Source: Chlorokybus atmophyticus
Taxonomy: Eukaryota > Plantae > Mesostigma and Chlorokybus algae
Assembly (NCBI GenBank): GCA_009103225.1
Contig: RHPI01000575.1
Span: forward strand, 233,527 to 297,526
Direction of reading: 5' to 3'
DNA length: 64,000 bases
Shown piece by piece: positions 1-10,588 of the stretch (the first letter of the stretch is position 1; every line of letters begins with the position of its first letter). Position numbers and translations under genes: made by a program. Under the pieces are notes generated by a model, which was not told where the DNA came from, did not search any database, and was given only the letters and a program-made list of their open reading frames with translations.

Positions 1-689
1 CACGTCGCGAGTTGCGACGCCGCCAGATGAATGCGTGCATCGAACGTCCGACCAATTGGCCGCCGTGCGATCAATTGATCAGACGGTCGACCGCGATGAT
101 TCTGGCGGCCGGCTGCCAGTTGACCGGCATGGTCTCGTTGCTCGGCCGATATTGACCATGAACGCCTACAAGTAAGGCCGATTTGCACCGGTTTAATTCT
201 GAAACTGAGCGACACGACCTGCCCCCCGTGATAGTGGCTGCCATGACACTGCATGAGAGCCATAAGCAGATTCATACATAACTATTATTATATATTTGAA
301 CATGTGATGTTGGGCAACCGTTCTAGCGTGGCCGAGATTGGGTAACGAGGTGATTTAGGTGGCTTAGCAACTTCATTTACTTATTCGTAGCTTAGTTGAA
401 CTTGCATGTGCAGCATATAACATTGCAGCTTGCCATAAGCGAGAGTTATCTAACTCACTTGCATTTATGAGAAAAACTCTCAGAATCAAATCGTCACCAA
501 CTTGTTTCATTTGCATAAACTACTTCAATGGATCAAGTACACGATATCGCCAACTTTCAATCAATTACTCATATTTCGTCATATCCATTGCATAAGATTC
601 CGCAACTTTGATGCCATTCGTACATCTGCGTCATAAACAACAGTGTTAGAATTATGATTGTTGATGCATCTTATTAACCAAAACATAAA

Positions 690-1230
690 AACGTGGCATG
701 TGCGTGCAGTGCAATGCGCGAGTGTGGGTGTGACTGAGTGCAAGTGTGGGCGCTGGTGCCATGCAATCGTGTGTAGGTCAATGTACGTTTGGTGTGCAGT
801 GTGTGCGTGTGTATTTGTGTGCTTCAGTTGGTGTGTGTGCATGCACGTGTGTGTCAATCGGTGTGTGAAAGCGCTGCTGTGTGCTTTTGTGTGCGTGCAC
901 ATGGATACGTGTGTGCGCGTGTGTTAGACATCTGCGTGTGCAATAACATGCGGTGCAATGCGAGTGTCGGTGAATACGTGTATGCGCACAATTCTGTGAA
1001 GTGACAAATAAGAACGTGCGTGTCCCTGCGTGTGTCACTCAATGTGGGTCAGGTGTGTGCATTTGCGTGCGTGCAGTGCAATGCGCAGGTGTGGGTGAGA
1101 TCCAGTGTGTACGCACGCTTGTGTGCACACAAGCACGTGTGTCAATCAGTGCCATGGATTGACAGTAGTAGGCCTGATGTGCAATGTGTGCGTGTGTATT
1201 GTGTCTAATGATTGGCGCGTGTGCGTGTAC
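690..1230. repeat. TG-rich low-complexity tract with a degenerate internal duplication
   Basis: Dense (TG)n/(TGCG) runs; GTGCAGTGCAATGCGC recurs near 706 and 1071. The ORFs here are compositional artefacts. Confidence 0.7.
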
Positions 1231-1586
1231 TAACTTACCTAGCGCGACGCCGTGGCTCTGGCAACTGCCGGCCGTCGCCGCTACGGCCTATATGGCGGCC
1301 TGCTCTGCGCCCTGGTCAGCCTGGTCCGTTTGCGTACAGTCTGTGAGCTTGTGCGGCAGTAGCGCCGACCAGAGCTGGCATACCGCACATGCTTTGAGCT
1401 GTGCTCACAAGCATTTTTGCCGCCGCCGCCGCCGTCATCAGTGCAGCCATTGCCGCCACTTGGCCACAACTCTTAGGCGAAGAGGAGAGGACGGACTGAA
1501 GACGCTGACGGTTCTGAAACGCCGACGGAAGTCCAACCGCCGACAATCGACGGGCCGGCGGTCGATGGGCCAGCTTGTGGGCCACG

Positions 1587-1651
1587 GGAAGCAGGAAGCA
1601 AGCCTTCCTCACCTTGCTCAGCAAGGTGAGGAAGGCTTGCTTCCGACTTCC
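1587..1651. repeat. Near-perfect inverted repeat (hairpin)
   Basis: 1594-1618 (GGAAGCAAGCCTTCCTCACCTTGCT) is the exact reverse complement of 1620-1644 with a 1-nt spacer. GGAAG/CTTCC extend the stem after a 2x2 mismatch. Confidence 0.9.
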
Positions 1652-1778
1652 AGGCTGGTTGTGCTCAACGCAAGTCTGGAGCTCATATTTTTTACGTTCC
1701 ACAATGATTCTCGCTTTGCGCGTGTCGCAATCGAACGCTTCACGCGTCGTGAGTCGACTCGTGACTCGTGATTGTCGT

Positions 1779-1866
1779 TGTCACGCCCATAGGGCTGGCG
1801 AAAGTTACTCTTTGTCACTTACTTTTTTGATAAACAATGTGGCTATGTGTGCATCCATGTGGACTT
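1779..1866 (+). mobile_element. 5' stub of a TGTCACG-family (Gypsy-type) LTR
   Basis: TGTCACGCCCATAGGGCTGGCGAAAGTTACTCTTTGTCACTTACTT aligns with the start of the solo LTR at 59295 (TGTCACGCCTATAAGGCTGGCTAAAGTCATTCTCTGTTTCTTACTT). It is cut off by the Copia LTR that follows. Confidence 0.6.
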
Positions 1867-1871
1867 TGGCC

Positions 1872-2334
1872 AGGATATTCTTGTATCCGGTCAGCTCGCC
1901 TTGTGGATAAGAATAGCCGCGAAAAGATGCAGGCGCGAGAAGGTGCCAGTCGAGAAAGGTCCAGGCGAGGACTTCAGTCGAGAAGGTTCCAGCCGCGGAG
2001 TCGAGTCTGGAGTATAGAGACTTCCAGACGTTGTAGAAGAAACGTTGTAGCTTGATGGTTACATCATTGTATGGCGCGTGTTAAAGCTTGTTGAAAAGCT
2101 CTTGAAGGTAGCTACAAAGTGCAACTTAGAGAGCAAGAATTGGTTGAGTGTAGAAGTCGTGGTGACTTCTACAGTAGACAGGTGCAGAACTGGCGGGTAT
2201 AAAGACCCGCGGTGTGACTTTGTTGTAATCCTTGGAAAGCCTTTTTTAATCAGCCTTGTGTGTATGCTCTGGTCGTGTGTGTGCTTGTGCTTGCACCAAC
2301 TCCATGCATGATCAGTAGTGTCCAAATTTCAACA
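1872..2334 (+). mobile_element. Copia-type LTR, left terminus damaged, no matching TSD
   Basis: Reverse complement of the solo LTR at 3452-3920 along its length; ends in TTTCAACA; TATAAA motif near 2198. Confidence 0.85.
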
Positions 2335-3245
2335 TACCGACCATCACTGTAGGTGCTGCCATCTCTGACTCTCCACTCAAGGACCTATACGCTGCACTTC
2401 GTGGCACCTTCCCACTGCAGACCACTAGTAAGGTGGAGGAGTTGAGGCGGTTACGACGTAAGCCCAACGAGGACCCTCTACGCCTGTACTCCCGACTGGA
2501 AGGGCTGTTCAAGGACACTTACTACAAGATCGTCAGTGACGAGGCTGCTGCACTGCTACATGTTAATGAGTTGGATGCCACCCTGAGCGAGTCGACGCGC
2601 CTGACCCTCAATTACAGCAGGCCCCTTGGCTACACGCTCAAGGAAGCTTTCGAGACTGCACAAGCCATCCATAAGCGCTTGGTGTATGAAAAGGCAGTGC
2701 TGAACACCAACCGCAGCGCCTCACGGTTTGTAGCCAGCACAAGCTGAGCCTCCTCGCCGCGAACGTGGCCGGGACGCTTCACCAGCACGCAACAAAGGGA
2801 ACGGTCAGCGCATACTGCTTTGCCTGCCCCTGTGCTGTGTCATCGCTGTGGACGGCATGGGCACTCGAAAAAGGAGTGCACTGAAGAGTATTTTACTCTG
2901 GTCTGCAACTACTGTAGCAAGACAGGCCACTTGGAGTCAGTCTGCTAGCTTAAGTTCCCTGAGTTGAGACCCACCAATAGCTACAAGAGCAACAACACTG
3001 GAGGCCACAACGGCAACAACTCTGGTGGCTACAACAGTAACCATACCGGAGGCCATAACAACACCAACAACTACTCCAACGCTCGTAAGGAAGAGCAAGG
3101 CTACAGGGGGCAGAATCGCCCCCCTCAGCGCAAGGGACTGGAAGGACGTCCGCGCGCTGCTGCTGTTGCCGCCAAGGCTCCAGCCAACCCGTCAGTTGAT
3201 GACCATATGGCTGCCCTTATGGCGCGTATGGCACGCTTGGAGTAA
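2335..3245 (+). pseudogene. gag: Retrotransposon Gag-like ORF remnant (5'-truncated) with two CCHC zinc knuckles
   Basis: About 2836-2948 translates as LCHRCGRHGHSKKECTEEYFTLVCNYCSKTGHLESVC (two C-x2-C-x4-H-x4-C). It is preceded by a capsid-like helical stretch and followed by an Asn/Gly-rich tail; internal stops are present. Confidence 0.8.
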
Positions 3246-3293
3246 GACAAGGAGCAGGACTACCGCGCCTGCTATGCTGCTCGGTAGGCACTG

Positions 3294-5870
3294 ATGGCTC
3301 CAAAGCGCACGAGACACACCGGCACTCCGTCACGCATTCAACCATCCCGACGAGCTCGAGGGGAAGCCGCAACATCGTCAGCAGCCACCTCCTCTGAATC
3401 CACCAGTAGTGCTGCACCAGCAGCAGCTACTTCAGTTGCACCAGAAGTGGGTGTTAAGATTCGGACACTACAGACCATGCATGGAGTTGATGCAAGCACA
3501 AGTACACACACTCTACCAGAGCATACACACAAGGCTGATCCAGAAGGCTTTTTAAGGATTACAACAAAGTCACACCGCGGGCTTTTATACCCGCCAGTTC
3601 TGCACCTGTCTACTCTAGAAGCCACCACGACTTCTACACTCAACCAACTCCTACGCTCTAAGTTGCACCACGTAGCTACTTTCAAGAGCTTTTCAACAAG
3701 CTATGACACGCGCCATACAATGACGTAACCACCGAGCTACAACGTTTCTTCTACAGCGCCTGGAAGTCTCCAGACTCCGGACTCGACTCCGCGCCTGGAA
3801 CCTTCTCGATTGAAGTCCTCGCCGGGACCTTTCTCGACTGGAACCTTCTCGCGCCTGAATTTTCTCGCGGCTATTCTTATCCACAGGGCAAGCTGAACGG
3901 ATACCAGAATATCCTCAACAGTGGGTATATCAGTGAGCACCGCGACGCCAAGACTGGTGAGCGCGCTGGCAACCGCAACTGCTGTCATTGACCCTACAGC
4001 AGTAGGTCGCACCGGTCTCGCTCCAACTGCAGGACCACCTGTGTCAGCGAACGTTGAGACCACTCTCGCGCCACTGAGCGGCACTCTCGAAACCACCGGC
4101 AGTGCCATTGTCCAGTCCGCTGCCACTGCGACGACGCGCGCTGCTACATTGCCCGTCCTCGACGTCACTCAGGCTGTCCCAGGGGGTCAACAAGCTGAGC
4201 GCGCATGGGAGACCATCATGCGGGGAGCAGATTCCACTACCATTGCTTGTGGGCGCGGGGAAGAGCGCACAACTCGCGTTGTACGCAGTGATCGAGTTTT
4301 CCCATGGCCTAAATATCACACCCTGCAAGAACAGACTCAGCGGCAGCTGGAGGATGAATTCCTCGCCGGCACGGCGCCTCCCATATGAGACCGCATTCTT
4401 GTGGTCAGAACACCTGTTGTATTAGAGTTGGCAATACAGTTGTTCTGGACTCTGCATAACAACATGCAGACTGCGCTACGCCAGCCCGCACCAGGCCGTC
4501 ATGAACCTTTCGAGCCAAGCCCGCTGGATACGTGTTGGGACCGGCAACCCAATGTATAGCAGCACATCGCTGATACAGCCGACATGCCTCGAAGTGACAA
4601 CGAAGCACTGAAAACCCTCAATATCGTTCGGCTTCATGAGCGCTACACCGCTCTGAAACAGGCGTTCACCTGGCACAGGACCAAACGGCAGCAATCAATG
4701 CGAGAGCGCAAGCCCTTGCCGCTGCTCGCGCTGTCGTTCTTTAACCAACAGTCGCTGGCCCATCCTCCAGCATGACACCTCTCGTCAGTGAGCCCGACGT
4801 TGACCAGGCGAGAGCGCTGGCCCAACAAACCAGGGGGGTGATCGCCCAGCCGCTACCCGCCTTGTTTGAAGACTTGCCGGACGATCAACAAGTCTAGGGA
4901 GAGGTTACCTCACACCGCAAAAATGGACACAACGAGATGGAGCAGGTTGAATCGGAGAACAGCAACTTCGCACTGCCCTATTGCGACAAGCAATCATGCT
5001 GCACCGACAAGAAGGCATCGGCCTGAGACGGATGTTGGGGATGCGAGAAGGTGGTGATGCAGCTCGAGCAAGACTGGTGACTTGGCTAGTCACCAATGAC
5101 CCCGCAGTCCCCCTGTTCGCATTCGGCACCGGATTGTTCTGGTTGGACGCCTTTCTGCGCTCGCAGCCACTGACACCTTAGAAGGAGCTCAAGAGGCCAT
5201 TCTGAGGTTGCCAGGGGTGGAAGCAGCGCGGCAACACAGACGCATCGCAGCTGCTTATGAGCAGCATGTCGAATAGCCAATGATTAACCTCAATGTGCGG
5301 GCACGAGCAACAACGGTGCTAGAAGTGGGGGTGGTCAATGGCAGATGGGATGCCTACATTGCAGGAAGTTTAAGGGTTCCCACCATTACCCACGACATAA
5401 GAGCGCGGCTTCTATGCGCAGTGTATCTCTAGCCCATGCCTCAGCATCAGCGCTGGAGTGACGTGGTCAACAATCTAACAGCCACATGGGAAGGTACACC
5501 AATCAGGGAGGCAGCTCACGCTGTACGCTGGACTTATGTGGAAGAACAGGCTGCACGGGAGGCGGGCCCACAAACACCCAGTCCTCCAGGGTTTCCATAG
5601 TAGCCATTGGCTACGCCGCCAGGTATGACCTCGGCCACACAAAGGCGCAACCCCCCTGCGCCACAGCCAGGGCAACCACAGGCAGCACCGCCAGCACCCA
5701 GGCCACAGCGTGTATACCAACAGTCAAGACAAGGACGGTTCGGGCCAGGCCGCGGTTAAGAAGGTTCTCAAGACTCAGCTAGTCGAGGGGCGCTTGCTGC
5801 ACTGCGACTCGACACCACCATAGGAGACTGCAGCAGCAGTCACCCCACGCACACGCTACCGATGATGCAA
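3294..5870 (+). pseudogene. Second long Gag-like ORF of the Gypsy element, interrupted by a solo LTR
   Basis: MAPKRTRH...APEVG (3294-3451) rejoins in frame to ISVSTATPR... once the LTR and one TSD are removed. It continues with stops and frameshifts toward the protease. No diagnostic motif was recognised. Confidence 0.55.
3452..3920 (-). mobile_element. Copia-type solo LTR (469 bp) with 5-bp TSD GTGGG
   Basis: TGTTA...TCAACA termini; GTGGG at both 3447-3451 and 3921-3925; the host ORF is restored when it is removed. Confidence 0.93.
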
Positions 5871-5874
5871 GCGG

Positions 5875-6320
5875 TTGCGCATCCACGCCAACGCAGGCAT
5901 GTTCGCCAACCAAGGCAAGCATGTCACTATTAATGGACGAGCACCCAAGCGTGTGATGCTGGACTCTGGAGCCCAGCCTGTCATCATCGGACATTACCTC
6001 GCACTCGACCTTGGCATCACAAGCGCTAAGCTGATGCCGTGCCCATACGTGCTCGACACAGCAACCGGCAGCCGTAACAAGGTGATTGGCATCACTAAGC
6101 AAGCCCTCTGCATTCGCTTGACAGGGGTGGACCCTTCCCACAGAGGTCATACAGAATTGTGTGGTCACCGACGCAGGATCCTTCGACCTGTTGCTGGGAC
6201 AGGACTTCAACTTCCCTATTGGCATGGGGCTGGACTGCTGGACAGAGAAGGCATGGTTTCGTCCCCATTGGGATGAGGAGGATGGAGAGGTTCAAGGATA
6301 TCTGCCTCTTGAGCTGGTGG
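5875..6320 (+). pseudogene. Retropepsin-like aspartic protease domain
   Basis: VTINGRAPKRVMLDSGAQPVIIG (D-S-G catalytic motif) and, after a frameshift, FDLLLGQDF (LLGxDF motif). Confidence 0.85.
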
Positions 6321-6689
6321 CTCGCCCTCGCTCTCACCGAAAGTCAGCTGCATCAGCCACCTACAGGGCGATGTCGACAACCACCGACAGGTCAACTGCG
6401 ACAACCACCCACAGGTTGATCTCGACAACCACTGACAGAGCAGCTGCGGTGGTCACCCACAACTCTGATCAAGAGTCTCCTATCTCATACGACGAGTCTT
6501 AGGGGAAGATGCCACTAAAAAAGTGGCGCACCAGAAACCAGCGGGACGCCGCTGGCGCGCACAGGTGGTCGCACATCTACTACTGACCAGACCACGGCTC
6601 ACTTCACGGTTCCCTATCTACAAGGACCAAGCTGCGGTCAAGGAGCAACACATGGTGGCCACTGGAGTAGTAGAGTTTGACGTATTTCG

Positions 6690-7668
6690 TCGACAACAAG
6701 GCATCACCGTGTTTGAACTATTTGGAGGAATAGGTAGTGGCCTCGCCGCTGTCCTCGACATCGGCGCAACGGTCACTAAGTACTTATATTACTGTGACCC
6801 TTATCCACACAGATTGCCCTGAGCCACCATCTGCGCCACCTACACAAATGCTACCCGCAGCGACTGCCGCTATCAGCACTGCAAGGCAGTCTGAAGACAC
6901 TGCCACAAGACATCCATTTGATCACTGCGGATCACCGCCTGGCGGTGGGCAACAACGGCGTGCTGATAGCAGGATGGGAGTGTCAAGGACACTCCAGAGC
7001 AGGCAGAGGCCAAGGATTCGCTAATCCTCGCTCGCGACTGTTCTCAGAACTGATGCGTATAATCAAAATCCTGCAGAGCAACTAGCTGTCCAGGACTCCA
7101 GGATACATCATCGAGAATGTGCACTTTGAGGACGATAAGCGCAATTACGTGGCCAACAGTTTTCGACAGGTGTGTTCATTACTGGGACACCCTCTCAGTT
7201 TTAACGCAGCGAGTCACGGCTCTCGTGCTCATCGCGTCCGCGCCAAGTGGACCAACCTGGCTACATTTGAGAATCTTTGATGCTAAATATCTGTACAGCA
7301 GTTTTCCACGCAATCTCACCGTCGACGCTATCTTGGACCCTGGGCGCACAACAAAACCAGTCACCCGGCACGATTACCAGCACTTCTACCAGTGCAACCA
7401 GCCTGGTCAACCACATCGTGCGCTCCCCACTCATGTGTCTTACCTAGGATCATACGCCTTTGGCAACCACGGCGAAGGCATGGTGTTGCATTCCAACACA
7501 GACCGACTAGAGGAATCCGACGCACGTGAGCGCGAACGCGCCCTGGGATTCTCTCCAGGCAGTATCATAGGTTCCACACTGACCGACAGTCAGCATTGTC
7601 AGTTGTTGGGACGCGCAGTGGACAAGACCAACATGGTGTGGTTATTGGAGATATGCTTTGCTCACTAG
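6690..7668 (+). pseudogene. C5 cytosine DNA methyltransferase domain embedded in Gypsy pol
   Basis: Motifs appear in canonical order: I ELFGGIGSG (6715), III LPQDIHLI, IV LIAGWECQGHSRAG (Cys codon 6981-6983), VI YIIENV (7113), VIII SRAHRVRAKWTN (about 7225-7255), IX/X ERALGFS...QLLGRAVD (about 7530-7625). Two frameshifts and a TAG at 7083. Confidence 0.88.
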
Positions 7669-7859
7669 GACCGCCATGTGTCCTTCCAGGAGCTCGAACA
7701 CCTGGCGGGGGGGTGGGCTGATCGCGTGCGAGAGACCAAAGCGGCACACGCCCTCGCAATCGCCCATATGGAGGAGCAGGCAGCAGTCACTGTGGAGGAC
7801 ATCCCAGTAGTCGCCAACGCTACCTCTTGGTCCCATGCCACTGGACCACTGGCTACATT

Positions 7860-8720
7860 CTAGACGCGAGAACAACTTGAGGCTCTCCTTAACGAGTATA
7901 GGAGTCAGTTCATCTTCAGAGTGAAGGAACTGAGCGTTGGCTCGGTTTACCAGCTGGACATCGACTTGGTGAACACCGAACGGGTGTTTCGATGACAGTA
8001 TCAACTCTCCAAGTTGGAAGACGATTTGGTGGAGCAGAGGTGCAAGGCTCTGCTGGATGCAAGCCTGGTTGAGGAGTCCACATCGGACTTTGCGGCCGCG
8101 ACCGTCATGCCCGTGAAGAAGGATTCAGCAGGCAACTGGACAGGCCGGCGTATGTGTGGCGACTATCGCCCCCTCAACAACAAAACCAAACAAGACACCA
8201 ATGCCTACTGCAGAGGGTATCTTTAATGATGTAGGAGACTGTACCGTCTTCAGCATCCTGGACATGCGACAAGGGTACAACCAGATCGCCATCAAGGAGA
8301 AGGACAAGGGGCAACCGGCAGCTGTACCAGTGGAAGGTCATGCCCTTTGAACTGAAGAATGCTCTTGCCAAGGTCTAGTGCGTCGTGGACAAAGCTTGAA
8401 GGGGCTGAACTTCGGGCGATGCTACATTGACGACATTCTCATTACCAGCCGAAGCAACAACATCGCTGAGGCCAACTACAGCAGCTACGAGGGGGAGTGC
8501 CTCGCTGCAGTGTGGGCTATCTCCTTCTTCAGACCTGTCCTCTTTGGTCGGCAATACCAGCTGATCACCGATCATCAGCCACTCAAGTGGTTGATGATCA
8601 ACCAACATATGACAGGGAAATCTGCTCGCTAGGCCCTGTTGTTGCAGGAGTATGACTTCGAGATCGACCACCGCGCCGGCCTCACCAACCAAGACGATGA
8701 TGGCCTCAGTCGCAACCCTC
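7860..8720 (+). pseudogene. pol: Gypsy reverse transcriptase fused by internal deletion to the C-terminal half of RNase H
   Basis: SDFAAATVMPVKKD...RMCGDYRPLN, FSILDMRQGYNQI, MPFELKNA and CYIDDILI, followed directly at about 8455 by EANYSSYEGECLAAVW...ITDHQPLKWL...QEYDFEIDHRAG. The RT thumb and RH N-terminus are missing. Confidence 0.9.
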
Positions 8721-8999
8721 ACCTCGTTACCAACGATGCCACCGGAGCTCGGCACGAGCAGCTCGTGCCGAGCTCCCGTGCCGAGCTCGGCCATGCAGCA
8801 GCAGCTCCCACCGTGGCGGCCATGTTTGCTGTTGCCGCGTTACACTCAGGGCGCCAGATCAACATCACCGCCACCTCAACGGCAGAGGAGAGTCCTGTCC
8901 TTGAGTCTATCGTCCCCACAGTGACCACACCCCTAAGGGACGTCCATGCGGTCGACCTTGAAGTCGACGATACTGAGCTGACACCCACCGACACCAGGC

Positions 9000-10260
9000 A
9001 GGACATATACCTGGACAAGCCATCACTCTCCTTCCTGCAAAGTGACCAGCTTCCCTCCGGCATGAGTGCACGAGAGAAAGATTGTGTTAACCAGCGCACC
9101 CGTCACTATCGGTGGGCGGATGACAAGGTGTATCGCTGCGTCCATAATAAGGACAAGGAGGTGCCGACATTAGCCACACGCGAGGGCATCATCGCTGCCC
9201 TCCACACGGAGCTTGGACACTTCGGTGTCAAGCGTACCGTCAGCCTGGTAAGGGCGCAATATTGGTGATATGGGCTGTTCAAACAGGTGCAGGGGTTCGT
9301 CACTTACTGCTAACAGTGTGACATGGTACGCGCCAGCCTCAACACACGCTGCGCCACCTTGCACCCTCTCCCCATCTTCGGTCTTTTCTATCGCTAGGGA
9401 CTCGACATCTTGGGAGACTTGGCACCCCCGGCACGTGGCAACCGCTACATTTTGGTCAGAATCGAGCACTTCTCTAAATGGGTGGAGCTGGTGCCACTAC
9501 CCGACAAGAGTAGTAGGGGGTGGTCTCAAGCCTTCCTCTCCCATTTCCTCAGCCGGTTCGGCAGCTGCGCTGAGGTCATCACCGACCAAGACACTGAGTT
9601 CAGAGGGGAGTTCGACACCCTGTTTGACACATGCTGCATCAATCATCGCCACACTTCACGTGACCACCCCTAAGCCGACGGTCTCGCCGAGCGGACAGTA
9701 CAGATTATCAGAAAGGCACTTCGCAAATACGTGCTGGAGTATGAGAAGACCTGGGACGACCACCTTCCGTAGGTGGCTCTTGAATACCGATTATCAAAAC
9801 AGGCGGCTCTGCGCGAATACAGCCCATACTACCTGCTGTTCGGGCGTCCGCCATTGCTTCCCTTTCGTGCACAGCAGGAAGTAGACCGTGTGGTGAGCAA
9901 CCTCAGCAATCCCGACTGGATGCACCATGACATTACCACACGCGCCACGCTGTTCGAGTACACCGTCCCGATGGCCTTCAACAACCAACATATCGCACAG
10001 CATCGCGACACCCTGCGCTACGAGCGCGTGCGGAGCGGCTTCTACAAGGAGCGCCAACGGCGGGTTCAAGCAAGGGACTTTGCCTACCGCATGGCAGCCA
10101 TTAAGGACACGCTCGACACCTCCGTGGGCCGCACTGTCTACCAGGTCCTCAAGGTGTACCCCACAGGAGTGCTGGACCTCCTCGATCAAAACGGCGAGAG
10201 GTTGAAAGACAACATGGTGAACTGCGCGCCATGTCCTTCCTTACATAGCAGGCTTTGCGC
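9000..10260 (+). pseudogene. pol: Gypsy integrase (HHCC zinc-binding domain, DDE core, C-terminal domain)
   Basis: HTELGHFG...C*QCD; GLDILGDL; YILVRIEHFSKWVELVPLPDK; VITDQDTEF; DHP*ADGLAER; SPYYLLFGRPP. Several in-frame stops. Confidence 0.9.
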
Positions 10261-10295
10261 GCGTCCAGCACCCTCGCCCCGCCCGCAACACACGC

Positions 10296-10460
10296 TGTGA
10301 ACGCTGCGGCAGCGCCGGAGATGACGCACTCATGATGCTCTGCAATGGCTGCAACAAGGGCCTGCATTGCTACTATCCAGAGCCCCCATTGGATGCAATA
10401 CCCTTGGAGGAGTACTGGTGCGACGATTGCCGCACTAACGGTCCTCCTCACCTGCGATAA
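10296..10460 (+). CDS. PHD zinc finger at the integrase C-terminus
   Basis: CERCGSAGDDALMMLCNGCNKGLHCYYPEPPLDAIPLEEYWCDDC fits C4HC3 spacing with LxxPPL and WxCxxC motifs; one ligand Cys reads Tyr here. TAA at 10458-10460. It is in a different frame from the listed ORF. Confidence 0.88.
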   Translation, partial: CERCGSAGDDALMMLCNGCNKGLHCYYPEPPLDAIPLEEYWCDDCRTNGPPHLR

Positions 10461-10522
10461 GAACTGAGCTCCAGAGCTGAAACCTCCCCAGAAACTCAGG
10501 GGGGGGGGGGGGGGGGGGGTGN

Positions 10523-10587
<65 letters not shown>

Positions 10588-10588
<1 letters not shown>

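Larger units (their letters stand above)
3294..10587 (+). mobile_element. Decayed Ty3/Gypsy LTR retrotransposon, order Gag-like ORF, AP, DNMT, RT, RNase H, integrase, PHD
   Basis: RT-RH-INT domain order with Gypsy motifs (CGDYRPLN, LDMRQGYNQI, YIDDILI, NYSSYEGECLAAVW, TDHQPLKWL, HTELGHFG, VITDQDTEF). Many stops and frameshifts; a purine/G tract follows the ORF. A matching LTR pair was not found in the window. Confidence 0.9.

Noticed and set aside
200-245. CGACCTGCCCCCCGTGATA followed by TGG as a 5' LTR end and PBS of the Gypsy element
   Set aside because: Similarity to 11170-11192 covers only about 20 bp, upstream sequences do not align, and no tRNA match could be assigned.
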